Shown here: piece after piece, positions 62,218 through 64,000 of the stretch
Layout: every line of letters starts with the position of its first letter
Numbering within the stretch: the stretch's first letter is position 1
NCBI RefSeq assembly: GCF_006345805.1
Contig: NC_042999.1
Span: forward strand, 62,682,001-62,746,000
Source: Octopus sinensis
Lineage: Eukaryota
Length of the DNA stretch: 64,000 bases
Direction of reading: 5' to 3'
The notes under the pieces: model-generated
Database searches by the model: none
Told to the model about the DNA's origin: nothing
What the model saw: only the letters and a program-made list of their open reading frames with translations
Position numbers and translations under genes: made by a program

Positions 62218-62416
62218 TTGGTTTCGTGCAAAGAATATTTTTCATTCAGTCGGATATATATATATATATGTAAACAATGTCTCCCTTTCAAATTTAATTG
62301 TTTATTTACCGACCAAGATTTATATATAACACAAAAAAAATACTATTAGACCACGCAACTCTCAAATACATTTTCTTATTGTTTATCTTTGTAAATTTGT
62401 GACTCAAAATATAATT

Positions 62417-62457
<41 letters not shown>

Positions 62458-62600
62458 GAATTCCAGATAAACCCACTATTATGCAACTCAAACAGTGATA
62501 GACATAATTTATATATTTATACTGTGAAATTTGATTTAATACTAAATTGAATTTTTCCCTGTAAGTTTGGAGCTATACTCCCCAATATTATTATTATTAT

Positions 62601-62644
<44 letters not shown>

Positions 62645-62948
62645 GCACACACATTTTTTTTTATTTTTTGCCATCAAAACGGGTCATAAGTTGGTTAACA
62701 GTCTTTGTTTTCATTTTGTTATTCGTCTTATAAAGAGGCAGTATTTTATTTATTGTCATGATGTTTACCAAAACATAGGCACAAGACTGCAAAGTTAGTC
62801 TAGAAAAACAACTTCGAAAGACTAAAATAACAACCACTACACTACTGTTATTAGGTAGTGGGGTGTCTGTGTTTCGCTTATTTTTTATCATTTCGGCTTC
62901 AGAGAAGCAAAAAAAAAAAGAATTATGAAAGGAAATACAAGTACGTAC

Positions 62949-63056
62949 CATACATTCTAGATCAGACCAACACGTATCATAAGGCAACCGCATCAACTCT
63001 GAAGCGTCTTCTCTGTCTCCGAGTCTTCTGACCGCTAATTTGATGTATCCATCCAT
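62949..63056 (-). CDS. NBR1: NBR1 coding exon 1 (start of PB1 domain; MDGYIKLAVRR...TCWSDLECM)
   Basis: ATG lies 1 nt after a TTTTCCAG acceptor, so an upstream non-coding exon is implied. Donor GTACGT, phase 0. TCWSDLECM matches the NBR1 PB1 motif TTWADIEAM. Confidence 0.85.
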
Positions 63057-63507
63057 TCTGGAAAACGTTCTGAGATTCTTATTTTTTGCAATTGGTAATT
63101 GATGAGTTTAAAACAGAGGGGAAAAAAACCTTCGTAAAATTTGGAGGGGTTAAGGAATATGAAGGAAAATTTCAGAAGCCATAACACAATATAAGATTCT
63201 ACTACTATTTGACACCGATTTGCCGAACAACTACCCAATATTTATACATGAAATACAGTAAGCACTAAAAATACTAATACGCTTGTAAGAAATAGAACCT
63301 ATTTTTTAAAGTTTTGCTATTTGAAAACAGCAGTTGAATGATAAAATGTAACATTAAAATGTTTGGACAATATGTTTGCGCGAATAAAAAAGAAGTATAT
63401 CAATATTTTCAGTCGATAACATTAAGTACGTAATTTATGTTATGATTGTTATTGTATACAAACAGTGCGGATTGATTTTAGTTAAGTAATTTTCCTGTTA
63501 AGACATC

Positions 63508-63515
63508 TGACGTCA
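63508..63515. promoter_or_regulatory. Perfect CRE palindrome about 450 bp upstream of the NBR1 ATG
   Basis: TGACGTCA in CpG-retaining sequence upstream of the first coding exon. Confidence 0.4.
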
Positions 63516-64000
63516 CTGGCAGACAGCCGTCAGACATTTTAGTAAAGTTATTCAGTCGTAGTCTGCTCCAGTCAATGGTAGAAGTTTCAAGAGAAAGACC
63601 TAAATGTTTTAATTTTGCACTTGTTAGCCACATGTCTCGATAAAAAAAAAGTAATGGCTTTGAATCATTCAGATCAAAATTAAATATAGTCAGTGTGAAC
63701 GTCTGATGATATATATATATTTAAATAATTAGACGTCCATATATCAGAGCAATGAATCGATTGATGAACGAAATGATGACACCGATTATTATGAAAATTC
63801 ATGGCCAATCATGATACCAAATAAATACAAAACCTAGATATCTGAAGGTCAAACCTTTGTTAAATTTCGGTCAGCTACTTTATAAACAAAAAGTTGATTT
63901 TTAAAAAATCTAGCAATTAAATTTTAAATAAGCAGTTCACTATATATATTTATTGTGTATCTGAAATACAATTCTTCGTTTAGGCGTCTTATTGAATACT

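Overview
AT-rich, microsatellite-dense animal genomic DNA. The repeat content suggests an octopod cephalopod (inference). Almost the whole window is one minus-strand gene, NBR1 (selective-autophagy receptor). It was reconstructed by hand as 17 phase-compatible GT-AG coding exons from 63056 to 5835 (about 964 codons). The protein runs PB1 - ZZ finger - coiled coil - FW/NBR1 domain - LIR2 - LIR1 - an unusual poly-His/Gln block. No UBA exon could be found in the window. The introns contain: a young intact Ty3/Gypsy element (24055-28301) with a canonical -1 frameshift signal; a near-intact 5'-truncated RTE LINE with a PHD finger inside its RT; about 20 short copies of the same RTE 3' end, mostly abutting (TA)n; three non-autonomous Helitrons; several tRNA-SINE families; MITE/foldback elements; and degenerate LINE and Merlin-like relics. 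The most unusual features are: (i) a head-to-head dimer of a tRNA-headed SINE whose tail carries a Penelope-type minimal hammerhead ribozyme fold, plus a second hammerhead-like motif inside an inverted-repeat element; (ii) a CpG-retaining ETS/CRE/TATA promoter inside NBR1 intron 1, followed by a candidate same-strand nested gene; (iii) the polyQ/H tail and apparent absence of a UBA domain in NBR1. No CRISPR array, rRNA or true tRNA gene is supported.
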